Source of the DNA: Thermoanaerobaculia bacterium
GTDB taxonomy: Bacteria > Acidobacteriota > Thermoanaerobaculia > Gp7-AA8
DNA: 64,000 bases
Direction: 5' to 3'
NCBI GenBank assembly: GCA_035525015.1
Contig: DATLFC010000074.1
Span: 3,277-67,276, forward strand
Below are positions 55,723 through 64,000 of the stretch, piece by piece; within the stretch, counting starts at the first letter, position 1, and every line of letters begins with the position of its first letter. A model generated the notes under the pieces. It was not told the DNA's origin, did not search any database, and saw nothing but the letters and a program-made list of their open reading frames with translations. Position numbers and translations under genes: made by a program.

Positions 55723-57419
55723 GGCAGTCCTTTTTCGCGGAGCGCGGCGGCGCGCGCGCGCTCCAGCACGGCCAGTTCCCGGGCCGTCGCTTCCGCTTCC
55801 TCGATCCGCCCGCTCCGGCGGAGATAGTCGAGCTCATCGCGCAGCAGGCCGAAGCGGACATCGGCGCCGCCGGGGATCGTGGCGAAGATCCGGTTGCGCT
55901 CGATCAGATCGCGGTACCGGTCGATCCGCGACGCGTCGCGGGTTCCACACCAGAAAAGAAAAAGAGCGGCGCCGAGAAACCACGACGAAGCCAGCGCCGC
56001 GGCGCCGCGGATGGGCAGTCGCCGCAGCCCCGCCACCGCCACCGCCAGCACGGTGACGAACAGAACGATGAGGAGCGCGACCTTCGCCTGGAATGGTGCC
56101 GGTGTCGAGCCGAGCGGCACCAGCGCGGCGCCGGCCGAAGTCACCGCGCTCCATTGCGCCGCCATCAGGTCCGCCGGCAGGACGTACCGCGACAGGTCGA
56201 GCATCGAGCCGCGCGCAGCGAGAAACAGCGCCATCGTCCACGCCGACGGGACCGCGACGACGACCGCCCGCCACGGCGGGCTCAGAGCGCGCAGCAGCGC
56301 CGCCGCTCCGATCAGAAAGACGACGATGCAGCTGTCGAAGCGCCGCTGCCCGAACGAGAGCGCGCCCCAGAAAGAGCGCTCCAGCGTGGCGTTGATGATC
56401 CACTGCGAAGCGAACAGCACCAGCCCCGCCACGGCCAGCCTCCGGTCATGGCGCAGGAGGAGCAGAAGGCCGGCCACGCCGGCCGCGGCGAACGGCGTCC
56501 AGGTGAAGAGTCCGTGGTACCACGACAGCAGCGGCTCCCACGCCCACACTCTCTGAAACGCGGCGAACGGAGTGGCGGAGCCGCCTCCCGTCAGAAAACC
56601 GAGCGGGGAGCCGTAAAGGAACCAGCTCACCACGATCTGCGGCAGCGCGCCGGCGGCCATCCCGCCCGCGTACCACGGCAGATGACGGCGCGACACCGAC
56701 GCCACGATCAGCGGCACCGCCGCGAGCGGGGCGTTCTGGGGACGGACGGCGAATGCGAATCCGACCGCCAGGCCGGCCAGCAGCACCATGGCCGGCTCGC
56801 CACGCCGCCGCAGTGCGATCGCCGCCGCGAAGACGAGCGCCGAGCTGCACGCCGAGATCGCATGCGCCATCGTCGCGTGCGCGAGCGAATACCACATCAG
56901 TGTGGTGCCGAACCAGGTGCCGATCGCGGCGAGCGCGGCGGGACCGGCGCCGCTCACCGGCCGCGCGATGGCGTATCCGAGAAGAAGCGTGCCCAGTCCG
57001 GCGAACGCGGTCGTGACGATGACGCCGATGTTGTAGGGAAGAGAGAAGCCGTTTCGTGGAAACTCCAGGAGCGGCTGGAGCGCATCGGCGACGATGAATG
57101 CCGGGAACCACGCCAGCGCGGCGCCGACGGTCCAGTGGTTCCCGAGGTGGGCCGTGCTCGTGACGTCCTTGTGCTGGATGATGCCGCCGGCGATCATCCC
57201 CAGCTCCTGCCACTCGTCGAAAAAGAGGAGATCGCGGTCGAGCCAGGCCGAGGGGAGATAGACCAGGTACCCGGCCCCGTCCGGCAGCAGCAGACCTGGC
57301 TGGAGCCAGAGAATGGTGGTGGCGAGCCAGACTCCGGCGATCGCTAGGAACGGGACGAGGTGTCGGCGGCCAGCGCCTGTCGCAGGGCTTCGCTCACCGG
57401 GACTCCCGCTCGCTCGCAT
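55719..57419 (-). CDS. GT-C-like polytopic membrane protein with loop DE motif (FFDEWQELG)
   Basis: About 12 transmembrane helices. Acidic first-loop motif. C-terminal soluble helical tail. Start is uncertain (57353-57419) because of overlap with the upstream gene. Confidence 0.5.
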   Translation of the reverse strand: MRASGSPGERSPATGAGRRHLVPFLAIAGVWLATTILWLQPGLLLPDGAGYLVYLPSAWLDRDLLFFDEWQELGMIAGGIIQHKDVTSTAHLGNHWTVGAALAWFPAFIVADALQPLLEFPRNGFSLPYNIGVIVTTAFAGLGTLLLGYAIARPVSGAGPAALAAIGTWFGTTLMWYSLAHATMAHAISACSSALVFAAAIALRRRGEPAMVLLAGLAVGFAFAVRPQNAPLAAVPLIVASVSRRHLPWYAGGMAAGALPQIVVSWFLYGSPLGFLTGGGSATPFAAFQRVWAWEPLLSWYHGLFTWTPFAAAGVAGLLLLLRHDRRLAVAGLVLFASQWIINATLERSFWGALSFGQRRFDSCIVVFLIGAAALLRALSPPWRAVVVAVPSAWTMALFLAARGSMLDLSRYVLPADLMAAQWSAVTSAGAALVPLGSTPAPFQAKVALLIVLFVTVLAVAVAGLRRLPIRGAAALASSWFLGAALFLFWCGTRDASRIDRYRDLIERNRIFATIPGGADVRFGLLRDELDYLRRSGRIEEAEATARELAVLERARAAALREKGLP

Positions 57420-58047
57420 GCACCGGCGATGGTCTCATACGCCTCCCGGCGGCGCCCTTTCCGCAGCAGGTCGAGCACTCCTGCGGCGATGATCCCGTCG
57501 AAGAACCGCTTGCGGTCGATGTCGGTGGGGAGCGTTTTCTTCGCGCCGGCGCGCAGGGTGCCGAGGAGCTCGTTGATCTCGTCGTACTCGGGACCGACGA
57601 ACTTCTGGAGGTCTTCCTTGAGCGTGCGGGCCAGAGCGGGAGACTTGCCGCCGGTGGAGACGGCGATCTGGATCGTGCCGCGCTCCACGATGGCCGGGAC
57701 GATGAACTCGCAGAGATGCGTCACGTCGACGACGTTGACGGGGATCTTCCTGCGGCGGCAGTCGCGGGCCACGCGGCCGTTCACGCAGGCGTCGTCGGTG
57801 GAGGCGATGACGATCGAGGCTCCCTCCAGATCGCCCTCTTCGTACGCCTTGCGGCGGATCTGCAGGGCTCCGTCGCGAGCCCAGGCCTCGATCTCCGCGG
57901 TGAGCTCGGGCGAGACGATGGTCACCCGCGCGCCGTACTTCATCATCGTTTCCGCCTTGCGGGCGCAGACGTTCCCGCCGCCGATGATCACGACGTGGCG
58001 ATCCTCGATGTCGAGGTAGATGGGGTAGTAGGGATATTTCTTTTTCA
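57344..58047 (-). CDS. Precorrin-2 dehydrogenase / sirohydrochlorin ferrochelatase (siroheme synthase N-domain, SirC/Met8-like)
   Basis: NAD-binding VVIIGGGNVCARK and the CysG N-domain pattern. GTG start at 58047 is chosen because the first 39 codons of the listed ORF are a translation of the palindrome. Confidence 0.6.
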
Positions 58048-58050
58048 CGA

Positions 58051-58164
58051 CTGGGGTCAGGCCTTCCCTTTTACCTTTCTCTACCGGCTGTAGAGTATCG
58101 TGACACAGTCGGCGGCGTTGCTCTACAGCGGGTAGAGAAAGGTAAAAGGGAAGGCCTGACCCCA
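58051..58164. repeat. Large near-perfect inverted repeat (~44-bp arms, ~25-nt spacer)
   Basis: tggggtcaggccttcccttttacctttctctaccggctgtagag ... ctctacagcgggtagagaaaggtaaaagggaaggcctgacccca, with one mismatch. It fills the glyA-to-sirC intergenic space. Confidence 0.8.
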
Positions 58165-58168
58165 ATCG

Positions 58169-59452
58169 TTAGTAGATCGGGAATCGGTCGCAGAGCTCCT
58201 TCACTTCCTTCTTCACCTGCGCCGTGACGGCGGCGTCGCCTTTGGCGTCGAGGACGCGCGCGATCAGCTGGGCCATCGTCTTCATCTCCGGCTCGCGCAG
58301 CCCGCGCGTGGTCACGGCCGGCGTGCCGATCCGCAGCCCCGAAGCGACCATCGGCTTCTGCGTATCGAAGGGAATGGTGTTCTTGTTGACGGTGATGTTT
58401 GCCGCCTCGAGCATGTTCTGCCCGTCTTTCCCGGTGATCCCCTTCGAGTAGACGTCGGTCATGAAGAGATGGTTGTCGGTTCCGCCGGAAACGATGCGGA
58501 AGCCGGTCTCGGCGACCGCCTGTGCCAGCGCTTTCGCGTTGCGGACGATCTGCGTCTGATACTCCTTGAATTCAGGCGAAAGCGCTTCCTTGAAGGCGAC
58601 CGCTTTCGCGGCGACGATGTGGACGAGCGGGCCCCCCTGCACGCCCGGGAAGAGGGCGCGGTCGAGGTCCTTCGCGTACTTCTCCCTGCAGAGGATCAGC
58701 CCGGCGCGCGGACCGCGCAGCGTCTTGTGCGTCGTGGTGGTCACGAAGTCGGCGTGCGGCACCGGCGAGGGGTGATTGCCGGTGACGACGAGCCCGGCGA
58801 TGTGGGCGATGTCGGCCATCATCAGAGAACCGGAGCGGTCGCAGATCTCGCGGATCCGCTGGAAGTCGATGACGCGCGAGTAGGCCGACGCGCCGCAGAT
58901 GATCATCCGCGGCTTGTGCTCCATGGCGAGGCGCTCCATCTCGTCGTAATCGATCCGTTCATCCTCTTTGCGCACGTGGTAGGCGATCACCTGAAAATCG
59001 CGCCCGCTGTACGAGAGAGGATGGCCGTGCGTGAGATGACCGCCGTGTGAGAGATCCATCCCCATGATCGTGTCGCCCGGCTTCAGCATCGCGAAGTAGA
59101 CGGCCATGTTGGCCTGCGAGCCGGAATGCGGCTGCACGTTGGCGTGCTCGGCGCCGAAGAGCTGTCTGGCCCGGTCGATGGCGATGGTCTCGACGATGTC
59201 GGTGGGGCCGCATCCGCCGTAGTACCGTTTGCCGGGATACCCTTCCGCGTACTTGTTCGTGAAGACGGATCCCATCGCCGTGAGGACGGCCTTCGACACG
59301 TGATTCTCCGAGGCGATCAGCTCGAGGGTGTCGTTCTGCCGCACGGTCTCCATCCCGATGGCATCGCGGATCTCGGGATCGACCGACGCCAGGGTCCGGT
59401 CGAGGAAGTCGTGGCCCATCGCGGCGCGCTGCTCGTCTTTGATCATCGACAT
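58169..59452 (-). CDS. glyA: Serine hydroxymethyltransferase
   Basis: PLP motif [12 protein letters not shown] and overall SHMT collinearity. Confidence 0.95.
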   Translation of the reverse strand: MSMIKDEQRAAMGHDFLDRTLASVDPEIRDAIGMETVRQNDTLELIASENHVSKAVLTAMGSVFTNKYAEGYPGKRYYGGCGPTDIVETIAIDRARQLFGAEHANVQPHSGSQANMAVYFAMLKPGDTIMGMDLSHGGHLTHGHPLSYSGRDFQVIAYHVRKEDERIDYDEMERLAMEHKPRMIICGASAYSRVIDFQRIREICDRSGSLMMADIAHIAGLVVTGNHPSPVPHADFVTTTTHKTLRGPRAGLILCREKYAKDLDRALFPGVQGGPLVHIVAAKAVAFKEALSPEFKEYQTQIVRNAKALAQAVAETGFRIVSGGTDNHLFMTDVYSKGITGKDGQNMLEAANITVNKNTIPFDTQKPMVASGLRIGTPAVTTRGLREPEMKTMAQLIARVLDAKGDAAVTAQVKKEVKELCDRFPIY

Positions 59453-59493
59453 CGGCAGGTTCTCCGGAGCGCGATGTTACTCGATAATCAGCG

Positions 59494-61371
59494 GTGAAGA
59501 TGATCAGGAAAATGGCAGGCGCCGCGGCGTTGGTTTCGGCGGCGCTCCTCGTTTCGTGGCACGGCTTCTTCTTCTTCCGCGACAACTTCACCACGCACTA
59601 TCCGATGAAGGTGATCTCCTCGGACGCGTTCCGTGGCGGGGAGATCCCGTGGTGGAACGTGCACGATTTCGGAGGTCAGCCGCTGGCCGGCAACCCGAAC
59701 GCCCTCACGTTCTATCCCGACAACCTCCTCTATCTTTTCCTGCCGGCGCACGTCGCGTTCAATCTGCACTTCCTTCTGCATCTGGCCGCCGGATTCGCCG
59801 CCATGCGCGCGCTCTGCGCGGCGCGGACCGGGGATGCGCGGACCGCGACAGTGGCCGCGACGATCTGGACGCTCAGCGGCGCGGTCGTCTCGACGACGGC
59901 GTTCTACAACCTCGTCACCGCCGTGGCGCTGCTGCCGCTCGCCCTTCTGGCCGTGGAGCGGCGTTCCTGGCGTCTGCTCGGCTGCGCCTTCGGCCTCCTC
60001 CTTCTCGGCAGCGAGCCGACTACGACCCTCGGCACGGCTCTGGCCGTCGCGGTGGCCGCGGCCGGCCGGATCCGCTGGCAGTCCATCGCCGCCGCCGTGC
60101 TGCTGGCCCTCGCCATCGCGTCGCCGCAGATCGTCGCCTACTCCGAGATCGCCGGAGAGTTGGAGCGGTCGGTGCCGATGTCGGCCGGCGCAATGCTCGC
60201 CACTTCGCTCACGCCGTCCCGCGTGGCGGAGATCTTCCTCTGGCCTCTGCAGGGGTTTCTGAACGACGCCGGCGGTCTCCGCCAGCGGCTCTTCTCGACG
60301 ATCTTCGTCGGGATCATCGCCATCCCGGCGCTCTGGACGCGGTCGCGCTACGTGATCATCGCCGCGGTCTGCCTGTTCTTCGCGCTCGGCGGGAACAATC
60401 CGCTGGTGGCGGCGGCGGTGAACACCCTGCCGGACCCGCTGCGGATCATCCGCTATCCGGAGAAGCTCGTCCTGCCGCTGACCGCCGCCCTGGTGGTATT
60501 GATCGCGCACTTCCTGGCGCGGACGCGATACCGGCGCACATGGAGCGTCATCGCCATCGCGCCGCTCGTCTGGACGACGGCGCGCGCGCTGCCGATCGAC
60601 TGGTTCGATCCCTATCGCGTGCCGGAGAAGCCGCCGCTGCGCGTTCACTGGAATCCGACGATTCCGCCGGGACGCGTGCCGGCGCGGACCGAGTACCGGA
60701 GGCGTGCCGCCGCGCACGACTGGATGTTCGGCGCCGTGGCGAACCTCCGGTATGGGATCGGCCGTTCCCCCGACAACATGCACTCGCTTCTCAGCCGCGC
60801 CGTTGCGGAGCGTTTCGCCGCCGTGCCGCCTCCGCTGAAGGAGCGCTATCTCCGGATCGCCGGCTGCAACGTCCCCGATGCACTGCCGATGGCGGCTGTC
60901 GTCCCCTCGACGCTGCCGGCCGGGGGCATCGTCGACGCGATCCGTGCCGTGGAGGCGCCCGGGTTCGATGAGCACCGCGCCGCGGTGGCACCGATGGCAC
61001 CCTTCCGCTCGGCGGCAGGAAGGGTGACGGGCTACGCCGAGGATGGGCAGACGATCCGCGTCGGCGTCGAGGCGGCGGGGCCGCTTCTCGTGCTGGTCAA
61101 TCAGACGTTCTTCGAGGGGTGGACGGCGAGGTCGGCCGGCGTGGAGCTGGAGACGCTGCCGCTCAACGTCGACCGGCTCGGCGTCGTGGTGCCGGCCGGG
61201 ACGCACGAGATCGTTCTCACGTTCGGACGGAGGCGCGCGGCGGTCGTGGTCTGCTGGGTCCTCTCGATGGTGCTGCTGCTCGGGTCAGCGTTTCCGCGCC
61301 TCGTCGAGAAACTCGATCGCCGCACCGGCGAGATAGAGCGACCCCCCCACGAAGACGGCGCGCACGTCTGA
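59494..61371 (+). CDS. YfhO-like GT-C membrane protein (4th, divergent paralog)
   Basis: N-terminal block YPMKVISSDAFRGGEIPWWNVHDFGGQPLAGNPNALTFYP parallels the YfhO paralogs. A C-terminal periplasmic beta domain is present. Confidence 0.6.
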   Translation: MKMIRKMAGAAALVSAALLVSWHGFFFFRDNFTTHYPMKVISSDAFRGGEIPWWNVHDFGGQPLAGNPNALTFYPDNLLYLFLPAHVAFNLHFLLHLAAGFAAMRALCAARTGDARTATVAATIWTLSGAVVSTTAFYNLVTAVALLPLALLAVERRSWRLLGCAFGLLLLGSEPTTTLGTALAVAVAAAGRIRWQSIAAAVLLALAIASPQIVAYSEIAGELERSVPMSAGAMLATSLTPSRVAEIFLWPLQGFLNDAGGLRQRLFSTIFVGIIAIPALWTRSRYVIIAAVCLFFALGGNNPLVAAAVNTLPDPLRIIRYPEKLVLPLTAALVVLIAHFLARTRYRRTWSVIAIAPLVWTTARALPIDWFDPYRVPEKPPLRVHWNPTIPPGRVPARTEYRRRAAAHDWMFGAVANLRYGIGRSPDNMHSLLSRAVAERFAAVPPPLKERYLRIAGCNVPDALPMAAVVPSTLPAGGIVDAIRAVEAPGFDEHRAAVAPMAPFRSAAGRVTGYAEDGQTIRVGVEAAGPLLVLVNQTFFEGWTARSAGVELETLPLNVDRLGVVVPAGTHEIVLTFGRRRAAVVVCWVLSMVLLLGSAFPRLVEKLDRRTGEIERPPHEDGAHV

Positions 61372-62586
61372 GCGGAGTGCGGCATCGAGAGCGGCTCGAG
61401 GGTCGGCGATCGGTCTCACCGGAATCCGCATCGCCTTCGCGATCGCGGCAAGCTCTCCCGCCGTCGCCGACCGCGGCGGATAGGGTTCGGTGGTGATGAT
61501 CTCGTCGAACAGAGGGAAGAGGATCGCAGCCACCTCGTCGATGTTCTTGTCGGACATGATGCCGAAGACGAGTAGACGGGGAGAGGGGACGTGCGCCTTG
61601 ATGAACGGCGCGACGGCGCGCGCGCCATGCGCGTTGTGGCAGCCGTCGACCCACACCTCCCTCCCCCGCACGTCGGCGCGCTCGAGCCGGCCGCGCCAGC
61701 GGGTCGCGGCGATCCCGCGCTCGATCACCTCCGGCGTGATGCGGGGATAGCGTCCGGCGAGCGCTTCCGCGGCGCGGATGGCGAGCGCGGTGTTGTCGCG
61801 CTGAAAATCGCCGGCCAGCGGCGGCCGCTCGCTTCCGTCGGGGCGCACCTCGAAAAACGGGCAGCCGAATTTCTCCGCGCGCCGTCGCAGGACGGAGACG
61901 ACGGCGGGATCGTGGTTGCTGGTCAGGACGATCGCACCGCGGTGGATGACGCCCGCTTTTTCGGCGGCGATCTTCCGGATCGTGTCGCCGAGGTATTCGG
62001 TGTGGTCGAGGCCGACGGGAGTGATGAGGGCGGCGACGGGGCGGACGACATTCGTGGCATCGAGGCGGCCACCCATGCCGGCCTCCAGCACCACGACCTC
62101 ACAGCGCATCCGCTCAAAGAGGATGAAGGCGAGGAGCGTCAGCGCTTCGAAGTACGTCGGGAGAATTCCGGCTTCGCCGGAGGCGTGCTGCAGCGAGGCG
62201 ATGGCTCCGAGCAGAGACTCCTCGCTGACAGGCTGGCGTCCGATCATCCATCGTTCCCTGATGTCGAGGAGATGCGGCGAGGTGTAGATGCCGGTCCGGT
62301 ATCCGGCGGCGTCGAGGATCGAGGCCAGCATCGTGGTGGTCGATCCTTTGCCGTTCGTGCCGGCGACGATGATCGAGTCGTAAGCGCGATGTGGATTGCC
62401 GAGGCCGCGGAGAATGGCCCGCATCCGCGACAGGCCGGGGCGGATGCCGCTCCCCTGAAGCGACTCGAGCCACTCCAGCGCGGTGTCATTCCGCGCGGAG
62501 CGAGGAATCCGGGTGGGTGGCGGGGCTCGACGTCTTCCCCGTCGGCGGCGCCCGCCCAGATCCCTCGCTGACGCTCGGGATGGCAT
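61285..62586 (-). CDS. folC: Bifunctional folylpolyglutamate synthase / dihydrofolate synthase
   Basis: Mur-ligase P-loop VAGTNGKGST and the FolC C-domain. Confidence 0.85.
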   Translation of the reverse strand: MPSRASARDLGGRRRRGRRRAPPPTRIPRSARNDTALEWLESLQGSGIRPGLSRMRAILRGLGNPHRAYDSIIVAGTNGKGSTTTMLASILDAAGYRTGIYTSPHLLDIRERWMIGRQPVSEESLLGAIASLQHASGEAGILPTYFEALTLLAFILFERMRCEVVVLEAGMGGRLDATNVVRPVAALITPVGLDHTEYLGDTIRKIAAEKAGVIHRGAIVLTSNHDPAVVSVLRRRAEKFGCPFFEVRPDGSERPPLAGDFQRDNTALAIRAAEALAGRYPRITPEVIERGIAATRWRGRLERADVRGREVWVDGCHNAHGARAVAPFIKAHVPSPRLLVFGIMSDKNIDEVAAILFPLFDEIITTEPYPPRSATAGELAAIAKAMRIPVRPIADPRAALDAALRSDVRAVFVGGSLYLAGAAIEFLDEARKR

Positions 62587-63432
62587 TCACTGACCTCGAA
62601 AGAAGCGGAGAAAGCGGGCGATGGTCGGCTTCAGTTCCGCGCGCGGCGTGATGATGTCGACCATTCCGTGCTCGACGAGAAACTCGGCCCGCTGGAATCC
62701 TTCCGGGAGAGTCTGGCGGATCGTCTGCTCGATCACGCGCGGGCCCGCGAAACCGATCAGCGCCTTCGGCTCGGCGAGGTTCAAATCGCCGAGCATCGCG
62801 TACGAGGCGGTGACGCCGCCGGTGGTCGGATCGGTCAGCACGGAAATGAAGGGGAGACCGGCCTCGGAGAGCCGCGCCAGCGCGGCGGAGATCTTGGCCA
62901 TCTGCATGAGGGAGAGGATCCCTTCCTGCATGCGCGCTCCGCCGGAGCAGGAAACGATGATCAGCGGCTGCTTTCTCTCGAGGCAGCGTTCGATGGCCTG
63001 CGTGATCTTCTCGCCGACGACGGATCCCATCGATCCTCCCATGAAGCTGTACTCCATGGAGCAGATGACGGTGCTGATCCCTTCGATCTTTCCCTCCGCG
63101 CAGAGGACGGCGTCGCCCGCCCCGACGCGCTGCTGGTAGACGCGCAGGCGGTCGCGGTAGCGCTTCGTGTCGCGGAACTCGAGCGGGTCTCCCGAACGGA
63201 CGTCGGTGGCGAATTCCTTGTACTTGTCGTCGTCGAACAGCGTGGCAAATCGTTCCCGGGCATTGAGCCGGAAGTGATGGCCGCATTTGGTGCAGACGTT
63301 GAGGTTGGCCTCGACTTCCTTTCGGTAGATGACCTCCTTGCACTCCTCGCACTTGACCCAGAGCCCTTCCGGGATGGCGGTCTGTTTCTCCACCGCCTCC
63401 TTCGGCTTCTTCTCCTTGCGGAACCAGGCCAT
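62587..63432 (-). CDS. accD: Acetyl-CoA carboxylase carboxyltransferase beta subunit
   Basis: N-terminal Zn ribbon (CEECK...CTKCGHH), the carboxyltransferase domain, and the conserved accD-folC order. Confidence 0.9.
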   Translation of the reverse strand: MAWFRKEKKPKEAVEKQTAIPEGLWVKCEECKEVIYRKEVEANLNVCTKCGHHFRLNARERFATLFDDDKYKEFATDVRSGDPLEFRDTKRYRDRLRVYQQRVGAGDAVLCAEGKIEGISTVICSMEYSFMGGSMGSVVGEKITQAIERCLERKQPLIIVSCSGGARMQEGILSLMQMAKISAALARLSEAGLPFISVLTDPTTGGVTASYAMLGDLNLAEPKALIGFAGPRVIEQTIRQTLPEGFQRAEFLVEHGMVDIITPRAELKPTIARFLRFFRGQ

Positions 63433-63444
63433 TGCCGCGCGACT

Positions 63445-64000
63445 CTACTCACTCGCTGCTGCGCTGGCAACCACGAGGCACATCAGCGTGGTGGCCATCA
63501 CACGTTCCGCCGAAGTCTGGATCCACCAGAGCGGTTCCGCCTCGGTCAGGTAGAAGACGATCGAGTAGCCGATCGACGCCAGACCGCAGAGAAAGGGGAG
63601 CGCCGCGCGGCGAAAATTCTTCCCGGCGGCGAGCGGCGCCAGCGCCGCGATCCACGGCAGATACCAAATGCGATAGCTGACCTGCCACGCGGTCATGTAG
63701 AGCACGTAGCCGATGCGCTGCGGATGAAAACTTCTGCGCGCTCTGGTATAGCCGTCGAGAAGAGCGTGATGCTCGGCGAAGACGATCCATGAACCGAGCA
63801 GCGCGGCGGCCGGGACGGCCACGACGAGCGCGGTGCGGAACCGCTTCACGAGCAGCAGCGACAGCACGACGGAGATGACGAACGCCGTTCCCTCGACCTT
63901 CGTGAAGATCGCCCCGGCCAGGGCGATCGACGCGATGGTCACCGCGCCGCGGCCGCGGCCGAAGGTCAGCGCCGACAGAGCCACGATCTCGAAGAGCAGG
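63445..64000 (-). CDS. Polytopic membrane protein (3'-portion only; gene runs off window end)
   Basis: Hydrophobic helices only, with no family call. Confidence 0.35.
   Translation of the reverse strand, partial: LLFEIVALSALTFGRGRGAVTIASIALAGAIFTKVEGTAFVISVVLSLLLVKRFRTALVVAVPAAALLGSWIVFAEHHALLDGYTRARRSFHPQRIGYVLYMTAWQVSYRIWYLPWIAALAPLAAGKNFRRAALPFLCGLASIGYSIVFYLTEAEPLWWIQTSAERVMATTLMCLVVASAAASE

Noticed and set aside
58048-58165. First 39 codons of the sirC-like ORF
   Set aside because: They are the translation of a 44-bp-stem palindrome. The real start was moved to the GTG at 58047.
1-64000. tRNA, rRNA, prophage or integrase signals
   Set aside because: No cloverleaf-compatible segments were found in the few non-coding stretches (12069-12276, 27996-28139, 43171-43306), and there are no integrase or transposase ORFs. 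tRNAscan and Infernal would be needed to exclude small RNAs fully.

Overview
High-GC (~68%) bacterial chromosomal window; Acidobacteria- or Myxococcota-like in character, without rRNA, CRISPR, transposase or prophage signal. No tRNA gene was recognised by eye. Coding density is very high, and many consecutive genes are joined by ATGA or TGATG stop/start overlaps. Housekeeping content: ileS, queG, queD, glyA, folC, accD, dprA, ruvX-mltG, mltD, tldD/pmbA, a topoisomerase IB, an enoyl-CoA hydratase and dipeptide-type ABC permeases. Four systems stand out. (1) A seven-gene, translationally coupled envelope-glycosylation locus at 44.7-57.4 kb. It holds three tandem YfhO-family paralogs, a GT2 polyprenol-phosphate sugar synthase and three further ArnT/PMT-like GT-C membrane transferases. 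A fourth YfhO paralog lies at 59.5 kb and a tandem GT-C pair at 33.4-36.6 kb, giving ten GT-C-like enzymes in 64 kb. This locus sits immediately next to a type IV pilus module at 40.2-43.2 kb: pilT, a zinc-ribbon/pseudo-receiver gene, and two tandem pilins carrying a sigma-54-type promoter and an inter-pilin terminator. (2) A 980-aa outer-membrane protein at 29.4-32.3 kb that fuses an HExxH metalloprotease and a TolB-like PD40 propeller to an Omp85/BamA-type barrel. It is co-operonic with a TPR lipoprotein and an LpoB/CsgG-like periplasmic protein. (3) A sigma-54-driven partner-switching cassette at 10.5-14.9 kb. A GAF-type enhancer-binding protein sits upstream of a -24/-12 promoter, followed by a small membrane peptide, an RsbW-like anti-sigma kinase, a STAS antagonist and a GAF-PP2C phosphatase. 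No sigma factor gene is nearby. (4) Two signalling oddities: a SofG/MglA-like Ras GTPase at 8.1-9.3 kb with a ~200-aa C-terminal extension, and a pseudokinase fused to a TonB C-terminal domain at 36.6-38.6 kb. Notable non-coding structures are a ~44-bp-stem near-perfect palindrome downstream of glyA and a tandem pair of GTTCAC-N-GTGAAC operator-like palindromes at 10.16 kb.
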